Assembly (NCBI GenBank): GCA_038206135.1
Contig: JBBRBD010000002.1
Coordinates: 66,896 to 130,895 of the forward strand
Length of the DNA: 64,000 nucleotides
Source of the DNA: Patescibacteria group bacterium
GTDB taxonomy: Bacteria; Patescibacteriota; Microgenomatia; UBA8517
Reading direction: 5' to 3'
Shown: positions 29,283 through 39,457 of the stretch, piece by piece
Numbering within the stretch: position 1 is the first letter of the stretch
Layout: each line of letters starts with the position of its first letter
The notes under the pieces: generated by a model
Databases searched by the model: none
What the model saw: the letters and a program-made list of their open reading frames with translations, nothing else
Told to the model about the DNA's origin: nothing
Program-made: the position numbers and the translations under genes

Positions 29283-30086
29283 GTGAAGACAAATGCCTTT
29301 CAGGACCTCATTTGGAATTTTTACAAGTCTTATAAAAGAGACTTTGCGTGGAGAGAAACGACAAATCCCTACTATATATTTATTTCTGAAGTGTGCTTGC
29401 AACAAACTCAAACCTCACGGGTCGTTGAAAAATATGCAGAACTTATACAAAAATTCCCAACTGTCAAAACACTCGCAGACGCTCCTTTCATAGAAGTGCT
29501 TCGCGTGTGGAGTGGCTTAGGTTACAATCGACGTGCAAAATATCTGCAAGAGTCAGCAAAAATTATTATCGAAAAATATAATGGTGAGTTTCCAAACAAC
29601 ATTGAACTTCTTGACGAACTTCCTGGCATTGGGGTGAACACCGCTGCTGCTATTGTCGTTTATTCGTTCAATATTCCGACTGTGTTTATAGAAACAAACA
29701 TTAGACGAGTATTTATTTACCACTTTTTCGAAAATGAAGAAGCTGTTTCAGACACTGAAATTTTGAAACTCGTTGAACAAACTCTCGACACTAAAAATCC
29801 AAGAGAGTGGTATTGGGCACTCATGGACTACGGTTCGTATTTGTCAAAAGTAGTAACAAATCCAAATCGTAAAAGTAAAAATTATGCAAAACAATCAAAA
29901 TTTGAAGGTTCTGTCAGGCAAGTGAGAGGGAGCATTCTAAAAGTATTATTGTCAGAAGGTTCAATTACAAAAATTGAACTTATAAAAAAAGTCTCAGGTA
30001 ATAAAAATCACTTTGACACAGCGTTAACACAACTACTTTCTGAAAAATTCATCATGAGAAAAGGCAGGAAAATTACATTACAATGA
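29283..30086 (+). CDS. mutY: HhH-GPD A/G-specific adenine glycosylase (short MutY-like)
   Basis: WR...PY....SE..LQQT, W.GLGY.RRA, LPGIG..TA, ETNIRRV; GTG start 29283; no Fe-S Cys motif. Confidence 0.82.
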   Translation: MKTNAFQDLIWNFYKSYKRDFAWRETTNPYYIFISEVCLQQTQTSRVVEKYAELIQKFPTVKTLADAPFIEVLRVWSGLGYNRRAKYLQESAKIIIEKYNGEFPNNIELLDELPGIGVNTAAAIVVYSFNIPTVFIETNIRRVFIYHFFENEEAVSDTEILKLVEQTLDTKNPREWYWALMDYGSYLSKVVTNPNRKSKNYAKQSKFEGSVRQVRGSILKVLLSEGSITKIELIKKVSGNKNHFDTALTQLLSEKFIMRKGRKITLQ

Positions 30087-30089
30087 GCT

Positions 30090-31364
30090 ATGAAATCATT
30101 TCTTGGACGACGTATAAGTCACTTTTGGGAAATACTGGGACCTGGCTTTACAACTGGTGCTGCAGATGACGATCCTTCAGGAATTGCCACCTATTCACAA
30201 GCTGGTGCACAGTTCGGACTGTCACTCTTGTGGCTTGCGGCGTTCTCTCTGCCTCTGATGGCCGTTATTCAAGAAATGTGTGCCAGAATTGGAATCGCGA
30301 CGGGGAGGGGCCTTGCTTCGAATATAAAACGCCACTTTCCAAAGTCAGTTTTGTATTCATTAACGATACTTCTTTTTCTTGCAAATACGCTAAACATTGG
30401 GGCCGATTTAGGCGCTATGGCTCAGTCAACATTACTTTTATTTCCACATCTTCGCTTCGGATATGTAGTCTTAGGTTTTGCCGCTCTGAGTTTGATCTTA
30501 CAAATTTTCTTGTCGTACGGCGTATATTCAAAATATCTAAAATACTTGGCTTTAGTTCTTCTCGCATATGTATTCTCAGCACTTTGGGTTCAGGGGGTCA
30601 ATTGGGGAGAAGTCATTTTAAAAGCATTTACACCGCAATTTCTATTTTCTAAACAGGCACTCCTTATGATCTGTGCAATTCTCGGTACAACTATTTCTCC
30701 TTATTTATTTTTTTGGCAGACTGCACAGGAAGTAGAAGAGGGAATAGCAAACGGCGAAACGAGCATTAAAAAGAGGCAAGACTCTGCAACTGCCCTGAGT
30801 TACCGAAATATGCGCATTGATGTGTGGTTTGGAATGTTATTTAGTAACCTGATTATGTTTTTTATAATTACAGCTACTGCCCTTACAATTTTTGGGAATG
30901 CGGGAACTATAACCAGTGCGGCTGATGCTGCTGTAGCACTCAAGCCATTCGTTGGTAATTTGGCATATTTAGTATTCACCTTGGGAATAGTAGGCACGGG
31001 GCTTCTCGCCATACCAGTACTTGCCGGTTCTGCAGCATATGCCACGAGTGAAAGCTTAGGATTAAAGGAAGGTTTAAGTAAAAAATGGTTCCAAGCCGTT
31101 CCTTTTTACTTAATTCTCACGCTTTCTGTAATTGTTGGAATGTGTATTAACTTTTTCAATATTGATACGATAAAGGCACTTATTTACTCTGCAGTCCTGA
31201 ATGGATTCGTGGCGCCGTTTATATTAGCCGCAATAGTAATTCTCTCTCAAAACAAAAAAGTCATGGGAAAAGCCGTAAATAACAAGTTCACCACAGTATT
31301 TGGGTGGCTTGTTGTTTTAATCATGGTGGTTGTGAGTATCTTCGCAGTATATTCAATAATATAA
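30090..31364 (+). CDS. NRAMP-family divalent metal transporter
   Basis: GPG..TGAADDDPSGIATYSQAGA, GTTISPY.FFWQ. Confidence 0.9.
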   Translation: MKSFLGRRISHFWEILGPGFTTGAADDDPSGIATYSQAGAQFGLSLLWLAAFSLPLMAVIQEMCARIGIATGRGLASNIKRHFPKSVLYSLTILLFLANTLNIGADLGAMAQSTLLLFPHLRFGYVVLGFAALSLILQIFLSYGVYSKYLKYLALVLLAYVFSALWVQGVNWGEVILKAFTPQFLFSKQALLMICAILGTTISPYLFFWQTAQEVEEGIANGETSIKKRQDSATALSYRNMRIDVWFGMLFSNLIMFFIITATALTIFGNAGTITSAADAAVALKPFVGNLAYLVFTLGIVGTGLLAIPVLAGSAAYATSESLGLKEGLSKKWFQAVPFYLILTLSVIVGMCINFFNIDTIKALIYSAVLNGFVAPFILAAIVILSQNKKVMGKAVNNKFTTVFGWLVVLIMVVVSIFAVYSII

Positions 31365-31376
31365 ACATCCTATAAC

Positions 31377-31405
31377 TTGACAAATTGAATGTTTTGAGCT
31401 ACTAT
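31377..31405 (+). promoter_or_regulatory. sigma70 promoter
   Basis: TTGACA-17 nt-TACTAT upstream of the AGGAGG-led ORF at 31439. Confidence 0.65.
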
Positions 31406-31438
31406 TACACTAGTTAATCAACTTTTCAGGAGGATACT

Positions 31439-31762
31439 ATGCTCACGGCTGGATCTATTTTAAAGAATCGCGAAAAAGCTGCTGCTCGTGAATTTACGCG
31501 GACTGGAGGTGTTGAGGCGGAATTGGATGCCTTTCTTAACGAAGAGTTGAAAGGTTTTTATGGCACTCCGCTGCCTATACCTGTATCGTCCATTTTCATC
31601 GGAAACGCACTTCTGTGGCCGTTTATTCTTGACAAGATTCGGGAGATTTACTGTTCAACTGAAGGGGGGTTTGTCGTATCTATGTCGGATGACAACACAA
31701 CAATCACCTTTTCCAAGGCACCCGCGACTGTTCCGGCTGCTGCCACAGAAGTTGATGAATAA
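31439..31762 (+). CDS. hypothetical protein
   Basis: AGGAGG SD, own promoter and terminator. Confidence 0.7.
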   Translation: MLTAGSILKNREKAAAREFTRTGGVEAELDAFLNEELKGFYGTPLPIPVSSIFIGNALLWPFILDKIREIYCSTEGGFVVSMSDDNTTITFSKAPATVPAAATEVDE

Positions 31763-31782
31763 TTAGGTAGGCCTGAAAAAAA

Positions 31783-31808
31783 GCCGTCGCAATAACGCGA
31801 CGGTTTTT
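31783..31808 (+). terminator. intrinsic terminator
   Basis: GCCGTCGC-AATAAC-GCGACGGT-TTTT. Confidence 0.75.
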
Positions 31809-31837
31809 CTATGCAAATTTTTTGTTAATATGTACGT

Positions 31838-31951
31838 GTGCATAAAAAATTTCAACGCTGCCCAAAATGTAAACGTAAGATAGGAATCCTTGCAGGCTCA
31901 CTTGACGCAATATGCAAGAACTGTGGATACAAAGACCCCTGTTGTGAATAG
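31838..31951 (+). CDS. zinc-finger microprotein (not in ORF track)
   Basis: GTG start; MHKKFQRCPKCKRKIGILAGSLDAICKNCGYKDPCCE with CPxC...CxxCG. Confidence 0.6.
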   Translation: MHKKFQRCPKCKRKIGILAGSLDAICKNCGYKDPCCE

Positions 31952-31974
31952 ACAACATTTGCTAGACTGAACAC

Positions 31975-32700
31975 ATGAAGAAAAATATCGTTTTTGTGTG
32001 CACTGTTTTATTCTTATTTGGTGTTTCAACTCCGACGCATGCTTCAGCCCTTATTACTGTCACAAAGGAGGGCAAGGTTCGTACTAATGTCCTTGGTGAT
32101 TCCACTTCAGTTCAGGCTACCGCAATGAAAGTAACTTCAGCTATAAATAATGCAAAAGATTTGGCCGATGCAACTCTCTCAATTGTGAAGCAGGGAGAAA
32201 AATCACTTTTGTCGATTCAGTCTGCACAAGGAACGAAACAAGAGGATATCACGAAGCTGAACCAAGATATTGTGGAAATCGAACAAAATCAAGTTCCCAA
32301 ATCTATAAAAATAGGAAAGGTGGATGACTCCTTTGGTATTTCACAGTCAGGCATTACTGCACTGACGAGTTTTCCAATTCACATTGATGCTTCAAATAAA
32401 ATTATCTCTGTTGCGACTGATTCAGGGGAGCGCATAGTAAGTGTTATGCCAGACGATGCAGTTGAGACCCTCGTTCGGGCAAACATTATAAATACGATTT
32501 CTCAAGATGGACAAATGGTTCTTGGGGAAAGCGATACGGGAGAATTAACCTATTCAATTCCTGCAGAGCGTGAGGTGAATTTGTTTAACGTGCACACGAT
32601 TACAGTTCCTGTAAATACTACCGTATCTGCAACAAGTGGAAAGGTATTAAAAATAGATCAGCCACAATGGCTTAAGTTTTTTGGATTTTTATTTAGCTAA
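31975..32700 (+). CDS. hypothetical secreted protein
   Basis: Sec signal peptide (THA-S), beta-rich body. Confidence 0.7.
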   Translation: MKKNIVFVCTVLFLFGVSTPTHASALITVTKEGKVRTNVLGDSTSVQATAMKVTSAINNAKDLADATLSIVKQGEKSLLSIQSAQGTKQEDITKLNQDIVEIEQNQVPKSIKIGKVDDSFGISQSGITALTSFPIHIDASNKIISVATDSGERIVSVMPDDAVETLVRANIINTISQDGQMVLGESDTGELTYSIPAEREVNLFNVHTITVPVNTTVSATSGKVLKIDQPQWLKFFGFLFS

Positions 32701-32705
32701 TACTC

Positions 32706-32957
32706 ATGAAAATTACCATTTACTCCACAACTACCTGTCCATACTGCAAGATGTTGAAGAATTATTTAACACAAAAGGGGGTTCCGTTTCAAGAAAAACT
32801 TACTGATCTTGATCAAAACGTACAAACTGAAATGATGACGCTTTCAAGTGGATTCTTAGGAGTTCCCTTTACCGTCATTCAGAAACCGGATGGAACTACA
32901 GAGAAAGTTATTGGCTTTGATAAGGTGAAAATTGATAGTATAGTGGGAATATCATGA
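32706..32957 (+). CDS. glutaredoxin (NrdH/YruB-like)
   Basis: CPYC, GVP, IGFD. Confidence 0.9.
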   Translation: MKITIYSTTTCPYCKMLKNYLTQKGVPFQEKLTDLDQNVQTEMMTLSSGFLGVPFTVIQKPDGTTEKVIGFDKVKIDSIVGIS

Positions 32958-33610
32958 TATTTATTAATTTTAAAACATACGAAGAAGCAACGGGAGAGCG
33001 AGGAGTAGCTCTCATGAATGCGATTGGGGACGTGTCGGCTACGACTGAAATAGAACTTATACCGGTAGTTCAACCATTGGACCTCGCTTTGTATACGGGA
33101 CACACATTATTAAAGTTGTGGGTACAACACATTGACCCGATATCTTTTGGAGCTCACACGGGTTCTGTTCTTCCAGAAGAGGTAGCCCGACTCCAAGGTA
33201 AAGGATCATTTTTAAATCATTCTGAACATCAAATTTCACAAAGTGAAATAGAATCATCGGTGAAACGCGCTCGGGAGGTTGGACTAAAGACACTCGTTTT
33301 TGCAAAAGACATATTGATGCTTCAAAAAATCTTAAAGATTCGCCCTGATTATGTTTCATATGAGCCACCTGAATTGGTTGGGAGTACAACTGTATCTGTC
33401 TCTCAAGCAAAACCAGAAGTAATTTATGAGGCTGCTGAGATGAGTAAACTAACTGGTATTCCCTTAATTGTGGGTGCCGGGATCCACTCAACTGAAGATG
33501 TGAAAGTAGCCCTTGAACAAGGTGCAATTGGTGTAGCCGTTGCGACTGATATTGTTAAGTCTAATGATCCAAAAGCTTCACTTCTGAAATTGCTTGAAGG
33601 ATTCAAATAA
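32954..33610 (+). CDS. tpiA: triosephosphate isomerase, archaeal-type
   Basis: INFKTY, QHID, NHSE, EPPEL, GAGI. Confidence 0.92.
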   Translation: MIFINFKTYEEATGERGVALMNAIGDVSATTEIELIPVVQPLDLALYTGHTLLKLWVQHIDPISFGAHTGSVLPEEVARLQGKGSFLNHSEHQISQSEIESSVKRAREVGLKTLVFAKDILMLQKILKIRPDYVSYEPPELVGSTTVSVSQAKPEVIYEAAEMSKLTGIPLIVGAGIHSTEDVKVALEQGAIGVAVATDIVKSNDPKASLLKLLEGFK

Positions 33611-34060
33611 ATGCATATCATCATTGGCTCAGACCATCGTGGGTTTAAACTTAAGGAATATCTCAAAAAACATCTAATTGATCAAAAACTCGAGGTGACT
33701 GATGTTGGGGCAGATGCATACAATCAAAACGATGACTACACACTTTACGCTGAGAAAGTTGCAGTATTAGTAGCTCATGAAAAGAACTCAAAAGGAATTC
33801 TACTTTGTGGTTCCGGGGTAGGGGTTGATATTGTCGCAAACAAGTTTAATGGAATTCGTGCCTCAATTGGTTTTACCAAGGATCAAATAGTGGCTGGACG
33901 TATGCACGACAACATGAATGTCTTAATTATCGCCGCCGACTTTATGAATAAACCACAGTCCCTTGAGATACTAAATGCCTTTTTGGAAACTGAGTATGAC
34001 CAGAAAGAGAGACACCAACGCAGGATTGATGAGATTGCACGAATAGAGGAAAATAATTAA
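33611..34060 (+). CDS. rpiB: ribose-5-phosphate isomerase B
   Basis: GSDH.G, CGSG.G..I.ANK, H..MN, RH.RR. Confidence 0.92.
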   Translation: MHIIIGSDHRGFKLKEYLKKHLIDQKLEVTDVGADAYNQNDDYTLYAEKVAVLVAHEKNSKGILLCGSGVGVDIVANKFNGIRASIGFTKDQIVAGRMHDNMNVLIIAADFMNKPQSLEILNAFLETEYDQKERHQRRIDEIARIEENN

Positions 34061-34066
34061 TCAAAC

Positions 34067-35125
34067 ATGAACACAATACATTCGATTGAACAACTGAACT
34101 GTTCAGGTGTTCGTGTTATTGTTCGCGCAGACTTGGATGTGAAGATAGACCCAAATGGATTGGTCTCTGATGATGCACGTCTAAAAGAGCTTTTGCCTAC
34201 ACTTAATACACTGTATGCAAAAGGCGCAACAAAAATAATTCTCATGGGACACATGGGGAGGCCAGAAGGTGCACCGGATATGCAGTTTTCTCTAAAACCT
34301 GTTGCTGAGTATTTTAAAGCTCATTATATTCAGGATGTGTCGTTTTTAGAGCACAAACCAAGAGAAATCTTTTATGAAATTTATGATGCATATTCTCAAA
34401 TGAAGGAGCGTTTAGTTGTAATGGAAAACTTACGGTTTTACAAAGAAGAAGAAGCAAACGATAGTGCTTTTTCAGAAGAGCTCTCATACTTTGGAGAAGC
34501 CTATGTAAACGACGCGTTTGCCTCTTCCCACCGAGAACATGCCTCAGTTGTTGGTATTCCAAAACTCATTAAAGCAAAAGGAGAAAATACAATTGCAGCC
34601 GGAGTCCACCTTCAACAAGAAATTGTAAATCTCTCAAAGCTCCGTGAATCCACACAGCACCCAATAGTTTATTTGGTAAGCGGTGCAAAAGAAGACAAAC
34701 TTACATTTTTAAATAACTTCAAAGAAATGGCAGATCAAGTTCTGATTGCAGGCAGACTTCCAGAGTTTATGCCAGAAGACCAAGGTGACTCAAAGCTGGT
34801 TGTCGCACGTTTAAACCCAGACAAAGAAGATATTACAATTCACTCGATAGAACAATTCGAGCAAATTATTGCAAATGCAAAAACAATTTTTGTGAGTGGT
34901 CCTGTGGGAAAGTTTGAGGAGCCCGGGCACAGACTGGGGACACAGCGAGTGTTTGAAGCGATTTCAAAAAGTGATGCCTGGAAAGTTGCAGGTGGAGGTG
35001 ACACAACAGCTGCAATTCATTTGTTAAAACTGGAAGGCGCTTTTGATTGGATCTCAAGTGGTGGAGGAGCTAGTTTAGAATTTGTGGCAAAAGGCACTTT
35101 ACCTGGAATAGATGTGCTGTGCTAA
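34067..35125 (+). CDS. pgk: phosphoglycerate kinase (shortened)
   Basis: GH.GRP, ENLRF, NDAF...HR.HAS, GGGDT, SSGGGASL. Confidence 0.9.
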   Translation: MNTIHSIEQLNCSGVRVIVRADLDVKIDPNGLVSDDARLKELLPTLNTLYAKGATKIILMGHMGRPEGAPDMQFSLKPVAEYFKAHYIQDVSFLEHKPREIFYEIYDAYSQMKERLVVMENLRFYKEEEANDSAFSEELSYFGEAYVNDAFASSHREHASVVGIPKLIKAKGENTIAAGVHLQQEIVNLSKLRESTQHPIVYLVSGAKEDKLTFLNNFKEMADQVLIAGRLPEFMPEDQGDSKLVVARLNPDKEDITIHSIEQFEQIIANAKTIFVSGPVGKFEEPGHRLGTQRVFEAISKSDAWKVAGGGDTTAAIHLLKLEGAFDWISSGGGASLEFVAKGTLPGIDVLC

Positions 35126-35134
35126 TATGAATAT

Positions 35135-36244
35135 ATGGTAAAGGTAGGTATAAATGGCTTTGGAAGAATTGGAAGACTTGCATTTCGTATTGCACTTTTG
35201 AAGCACAAAGATGATGTAACTATTGCTGCCATTAATACTTCAGGGTCCATGGAAGTATCGGGTTGGGCACACCTTGTTAATCACGACACGACATATCGCA
35301 CATTTGAATACCAAATTATTCCTGAAGAAATAAAAGCGGCAAAAGATGCCACGGATGATGATCCTTTGATTGGGTATTTAAAAGTAGCCAATACTGACAT
35401 TAAAATTCCAGTTCTTGCACAACGTGACCCTGCAAAGCTTCCGTGGGGAAAATATGGAGCTGATGTAATTATTGAGTCTACAGGGAAATTCATAACTGCA
35501 GAGGACGCAGCTAAACACGCCACCGGTGGTGCGAAACGCGTGGTTATTTCAGCACCAGGAAAGGGATCTAATGTAAACACGTATGTCATTGGAGTAAATG
35601 AATATCAGGGAACAAATACTGTTCTCTCTAATGCTTCTTGTACGACAAATTGTATTGCGCCAGTTGCTGCAATCCTCCACTCAAAGTTTGGAATTGAAAA
35701 GGCACTCATGACAACAATTCATGCGTACACCGATGATCAAGTATTGCAAGACAGCTCACATAGAGATTTAAGGAGAGCTCGAGCTGCCGCACAAAACATT
35801 ATTCCAACTTCAACAGGCGCTGCCATTGCGACAACTGAAACAATACCTGAGCTTAAGGGGCTTTTTGATGGGCAATCTATCCGAGTGCCAATTATCACAG
35901 GGTCGCTAACCGATTTCACAATTTTATTGAAGCAAAATGTGACAATTGACCAAGTAAATCAGGCGTTTGTAGATGCTATGAATAACCCACTCTACAAAGG
36001 AATCTTGGCCGCGACAACAGACCCACTAGTTTCAAGTGATATTATCGGTAGAAGTGAATCTTCTATTGTGGACCTTTCTTTAACCCAAGTTGTTGGTGGA
36101 AACTTAATTAAAGTTTTTGCGTGGTATGACAACGAGTGGGGTTACACAAACAGACTCGTTGAACAAGTGGTCCGAGTGGGAAGAACTTTAGACTCAAATG
36201 CTGCACCAACTGACCCAATAACTGCAACGTTTCAGGCTTCATAA
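35135..36244 (+). CDS. gap: type I glyceraldehyde-3-phosphate dehydrogenase
   Basis: GINGFGRIG, SNASCTTNC, WYDNEWGY. Confidence 0.96.
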   Translation: MVKVGINGFGRIGRLAFRIALLKHKDDVTIAAINTSGSMEVSGWAHLVNHDTTYRTFEYQIIPEEIKAAKDATDDDPLIGYLKVANTDIKIPVLAQRDPAKLPWGKYGADVIIESTGKFITAEDAAKHATGGAKRVVISAPGKGSNVNTYVIGVNEYQGTNTVLSNASCTTNCIAPVAAILHSKFGIEKALMTTIHAYTDDQVLQDSSHRDLRRARAAAQNIIPTSTGAAIATTETIPELKGLFDGQSIRVPIITGSLTDFTILLKQNVTIDQVNQAFVDAMNNPLYKGILAATTDPLVSSDIIGRSESSIVDLSLTQVVGGNLIKVFAWYDNEWGYTNRLVEQVVRVGRTLDSNAAPTDPITATFQAS

Positions 36245-36267
36245 TTGGAGTTTGCTACACTAAACAT

Positions 36268-36927
36268 ATGGAAATAATTCCTTCTATTTTGTCCTCTGAT
36301 TCAGATGAAGCGCATGCTTTGCTTACTCAGTGTGAAGGGGTAACTAAGAGGGCTCACATTGACATTATTGATTCTCGTTTCGCAGACAACAAAACAGTAA
36401 CTCCTGAAAGTTTTGCAGACGAAATTTACCGAGTAAACCTTGACTTTCATTTGATGGTTGAAGAGCCAGTAAACTGGATTCAGCGATGCATTCGTGCGAA
36501 CGCTGACCGCATTATTGGTCAGGTTGAACTTATGGAAGATCAGCGAGAATTTTGTGAAGCAGTACTTGCCGAAGATGTGCTTTGTGGCCTGGCGCTCGAC
36601 CTTCCAACGGGAGTGGAAGCCTTGGACGAATCTATTTTAGAGAAACTTGATGTCATCGTTATCATGAGTGTAAATGCAGGTTTTGGAGGACAAGTCTTTG
36701 ATCCAAAGTCATTAGAAAAAATTTCAGACCTGTATGCTATTCGAGAAGAAAAAGGGTATCACTATAAAATTTGTGATGATGGAGGAGTGGCACTTGAAAA
36801 TGAAGCAGTTTTACAGAAACATGGTGTTGATGAAATTTCAGTTGGACGACGAATTTACGCTGAAGAAGGTTTAGCGCACAATATTGAAACTTGGAACCGA
36901 GTAATTTCAAGGTACAATAAAGAATGA
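36268..36927 (+). CDS. rpe: ribulose-phosphate 3-epimerase
   Basis: PSIL, HIDI.D, D.HLMV, MSV..GF.GQ, DGG. Confidence 0.88.
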   Translation: MEIIPSILSSDSDEAHALLTQCEGVTKRAHIDIIDSRFADNKTVTPESFADEIYRVNLDFHLMVEEPVNWIQRCIRANADRIIGQVELMEDQREFCEAVLAEDVLCGLALDLPTGVEALDESILEKLDVIVIMSVNAGFGGQVFDPKSLEKISDLYAIREEKGYHYKICDDGGVALENEAVLQKHGVDEISVGRRIYAEEGLAHNIETWNRVISRYNKE

Positions 36928-37547
36928 GTAACGATCCTGAGACAGCATTTTTTAGTCCACGCCCACTTTTTCGAAACGTGGCTTTTTTTGGAGATGCTGA
37001 TGTTAAGCCTGAGAGTGACACATATAAGGATGCGTTCGAAGTTGCAAAAATTGTCGCTTCTCATGGCATGACTATTGTAAACGGCGGTGGTCCTGGAGTG
37101 ATGGATGCCTCAACCAAAGGCGCTGAAGCTGCTAATGGTGAAACCCTCTCTGTTACCTTTTATCCTAAAGACGCAACAGGTTTTGAAGGTCGATATGTGG
37201 GTAACATTACGGACGTTGAAATTAAAACTCACAATTATATTGAGCGTATGTTTAAGCTCATGGAACACGCTGATATTTTTATTATGTTTAAAGGGGGAAC
37301 AGGAACAATTAGCGAGCTTGGTACTGCATGGGTTTTAGCAAAACTGTATTACGGCTATCACAAACCATTTATTCTTTTTGGGGATTTCTGGATTCCTATT
37401 ATCGACGCACTCAAACGTGGGATGCTTCTAGACAAAAGGGAAATGTCCGTTTTTGAAATTGTAACTCGCCGCGAAGACGTATTTCCCACAATCAAAAAAC
37501 TAGAGAAAAAATTACGACTTACTGCCAAAGAACTGGCAAACAAATAG
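36924..37547 (+). CDS. LOG family nucleotide phosphoribohydrolase
   Basis: GGGPGVMDA..KGA, ER, GG.GT..E. Confidence 0.85.
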   Translation: MSNDPETAFFSPRPLFRNVAFFGDADVKPESDTYKDAFEVAKIVASHGMTIVNGGGPGVMDASTKGAEAANGETLSVTFYPKDATGFEGRYVGNITDVEIKTHNYIERMFKLMEHADIFIMFKGGTGTISELGTAWVLAKLYYGYHKPFILFGDFWIPIIDALKRGMLLDKREMSVFEIVTRREDVFPTIKKLEKKLRLTAKELANK

Positions 37548-37554
37548 CATTGTC

Positions 37555-38394
37555 ATGAACAACCTGCCCTTAGTAGAGCTTTCTAAAAAAGCCACTGAAA
37601 TTCGTATTGATATTTTAAAAATGTTGAATGCTGCAGGCTCTGGTCATTCAGCAGGGAGCCTTGGAATGGCTGACATTTTTACTGCACTCTACTTTCATAT
37701 ACTTCACCATGAAGCAGAAGATCCTTTGTGGGAGGGTCGTGACCGATTATTCTTAAGCAACGGTCACATTGTTCCCGTTCGGTATGCCACAATGGCACAC
37801 GCTGGATACTTTCCAATAACACACCTAAAGACTCTCCGGAAGTTTGGATCTGAATTACAAGGACACCCAGAACGAATGAGAATACCTGCGCTTGAAAGTA
37901 CGTCAGGACCTCTTGGAAGTGGATTGGGCCAGGCTGCCGGATATGCATATGCAGCGCGCATGGACAATAAACGATTTAGAACTTACTGCATAACAAGCGA
38001 TGGAGAGCATGATGAAGGGAACCATTGGGAAGCTGTCATGTTTGCTGCTAAATATAAACTGGCGAACCTGACTGTATTTGTAGATCGCAATAATATTCAA
38101 ATCGATGGATTTACTCACAATGTAATGCCCATGGAGTCTTTGTCGGAAAAATACAAATCATTTAATTGGAATGTAGTGAATATTGATGGGCACAATTTTC
38201 CTGCAATTCTCTCTTCAGTTGAACAGGCTAGAAGTGAATATCAAAAGCCGACGGTGATTATAGCCAAAACAATTCCCGGGAAAGGCGTGTATTTTATGGA
38301 AAACAAATTTGAGTGGCATGGCAAAGTGCCTGATGATGCACAAACTAAAGAGGCTGTTAAGATTCTTACCAAACAACTTAAAGAATATGAATAA
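37555..38394 (+). CDS. tkt: transketolase, N-terminal subunit
   Basis: SGH, DR..LS.GH, GHP, G.LG.G, DGE..EG..WEA...N. Confidence 0.93.
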   Translation: MNNLPLVELSKKATEIRIDILKMLNAAGSGHSAGSLGMADIFTALYFHILHHEAEDPLWEGRDRLFLSNGHIVPVRYATMAHAGYFPITHLKTLRKFGSELQGHPERMRIPALESTSGPLGSGLGQAAGYAYAARMDNKRFRTYCITSDGEHDEGNHWEAVMFAAKYKLANLTVFVDRNNIQIDGFTHNVMPMESLSEKYKSFNWNVVNIDGHNFPAILSSVEQARSEYQKPTVIIAKTIPGKGVYFMENKFEWHGKVPDDAQTKEAVKILTKQLKEYE

Positions 38395-38396
38395 TT

Positions 38397-39392
38397 ATGT
38401 TAAATAAAACTTTAAAACTTTCAGAACAAATTTTTAACAAAAAGATTTCTTCTATTCCGATCCGAGATGGGTTTGGAGAAGGACTGCTTTCTGCAGGGGA
38501 GCAAAATGATCAAGTGATTGTCTTAACAGCAGATCTAAAAGATTCAACTCGTGCAACTGCATTCTCTGAAAAATACCCAGAACGTTTTATTGAATGCGGG
38601 GTAGCGGAACAGGGAATGGTAACGGTTGCGAGCGGCATGGCTAATTATGGAAAAATTCCATTTATTTGTTCATTCTCAGCTTTTAATCCAGGTCGTACCT
38701 GGGAGCAAATTAGGACGACTATTTGTATAAATAATGTGCCTGTTAAAATTGGTGGACTTTTTGTAGGGGTTTCAGTTGGCCCTGATGGGGTAACACATCA
38801 AATGCTCGAAGACATTGCCCTTATGCGATCGCTCCCCAATATGATAGTCCTAACTCCATCAGACTCAATTGAAGCAAAAAAAGCGGTAGTTCTCGCAGCT
38901 AGTACAGGCACCCCAGTATATTTGAGAATTCCACGTGCGGAATCTCCGGTATATACAACAGTCGACACCCCATTTGAAATTGGAAAAGCATATACATTGT
39001 GGGAAGAAAAAAACCCTGAGGTGGTGATTATTTCACACGGAGTCATGGTCTACAAATCTCTCCTTGCGGCAAAGAAGCTTTCAGCCGCTGGCTTTAGTTG
39101 CATTGTCATGAGTTGTCCCACTATTAAACCCCTTGATGAACAATCAATTATTCATGCTGCAAAAATCGCAGGAAGTGTAGTTGTATCAGAAGAACATCAA
39201 GCCATTGGTGGCTTGGGGAGTGCAGTCTCAGAATTGTTGTCAAAAAATCTTCCAGTACCCATTGAAATTGTCGCGGTAGAAGATCGATTTGGTCAAAGCG
39301 GAAAGCCGGAAGAACTGTGGGAAGAGTATGGACTTACTACTGAAAACATTATCGCTGCAGCTAAAAAAGTGGTGAATAGGAAACGAGCTTGA
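38397..39392 (+). CDS. tkt: transketolase, C-terminal subunit
   Basis: GVAEQ, GPDG.THQ..ED, EEH...GGLG. Confidence 0.93.
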   Translation: MLNKTLKLSEQIFNKKISSIPIRDGFGEGLLSAGEQNDQVIVLTADLKDSTRATAFSEKYPERFIECGVAEQGMVTVASGMANYGKIPFICSFSAFNPGRTWEQIRTTICINNVPVKIGGLFVGVSVGPDGVTHQMLEDIALMRSLPNMIVLTPSDSIEAKKAVVLAASTGTPVYLRIPRAESPVYTTVDTPFEIGKAYTLWEEKNPEVVIISHGVMVYKSLLAAKKLSAAGFSCIVMSCPTIKPLDEQSIIHAAKIAGSVVVSEEHQAIGGLGSAVSELLSKNLPVPIEIVAVEDRFGQSGKPEELWEEYGLTTENIIAAAKKVVNRKRA

Positions 39393-39457
39393 ACTGTTTT
39401 TCACAAAAAAATCAAGCAATTAAATATAAATTTGGGTCAAAGAGAGTATCTTTAACT

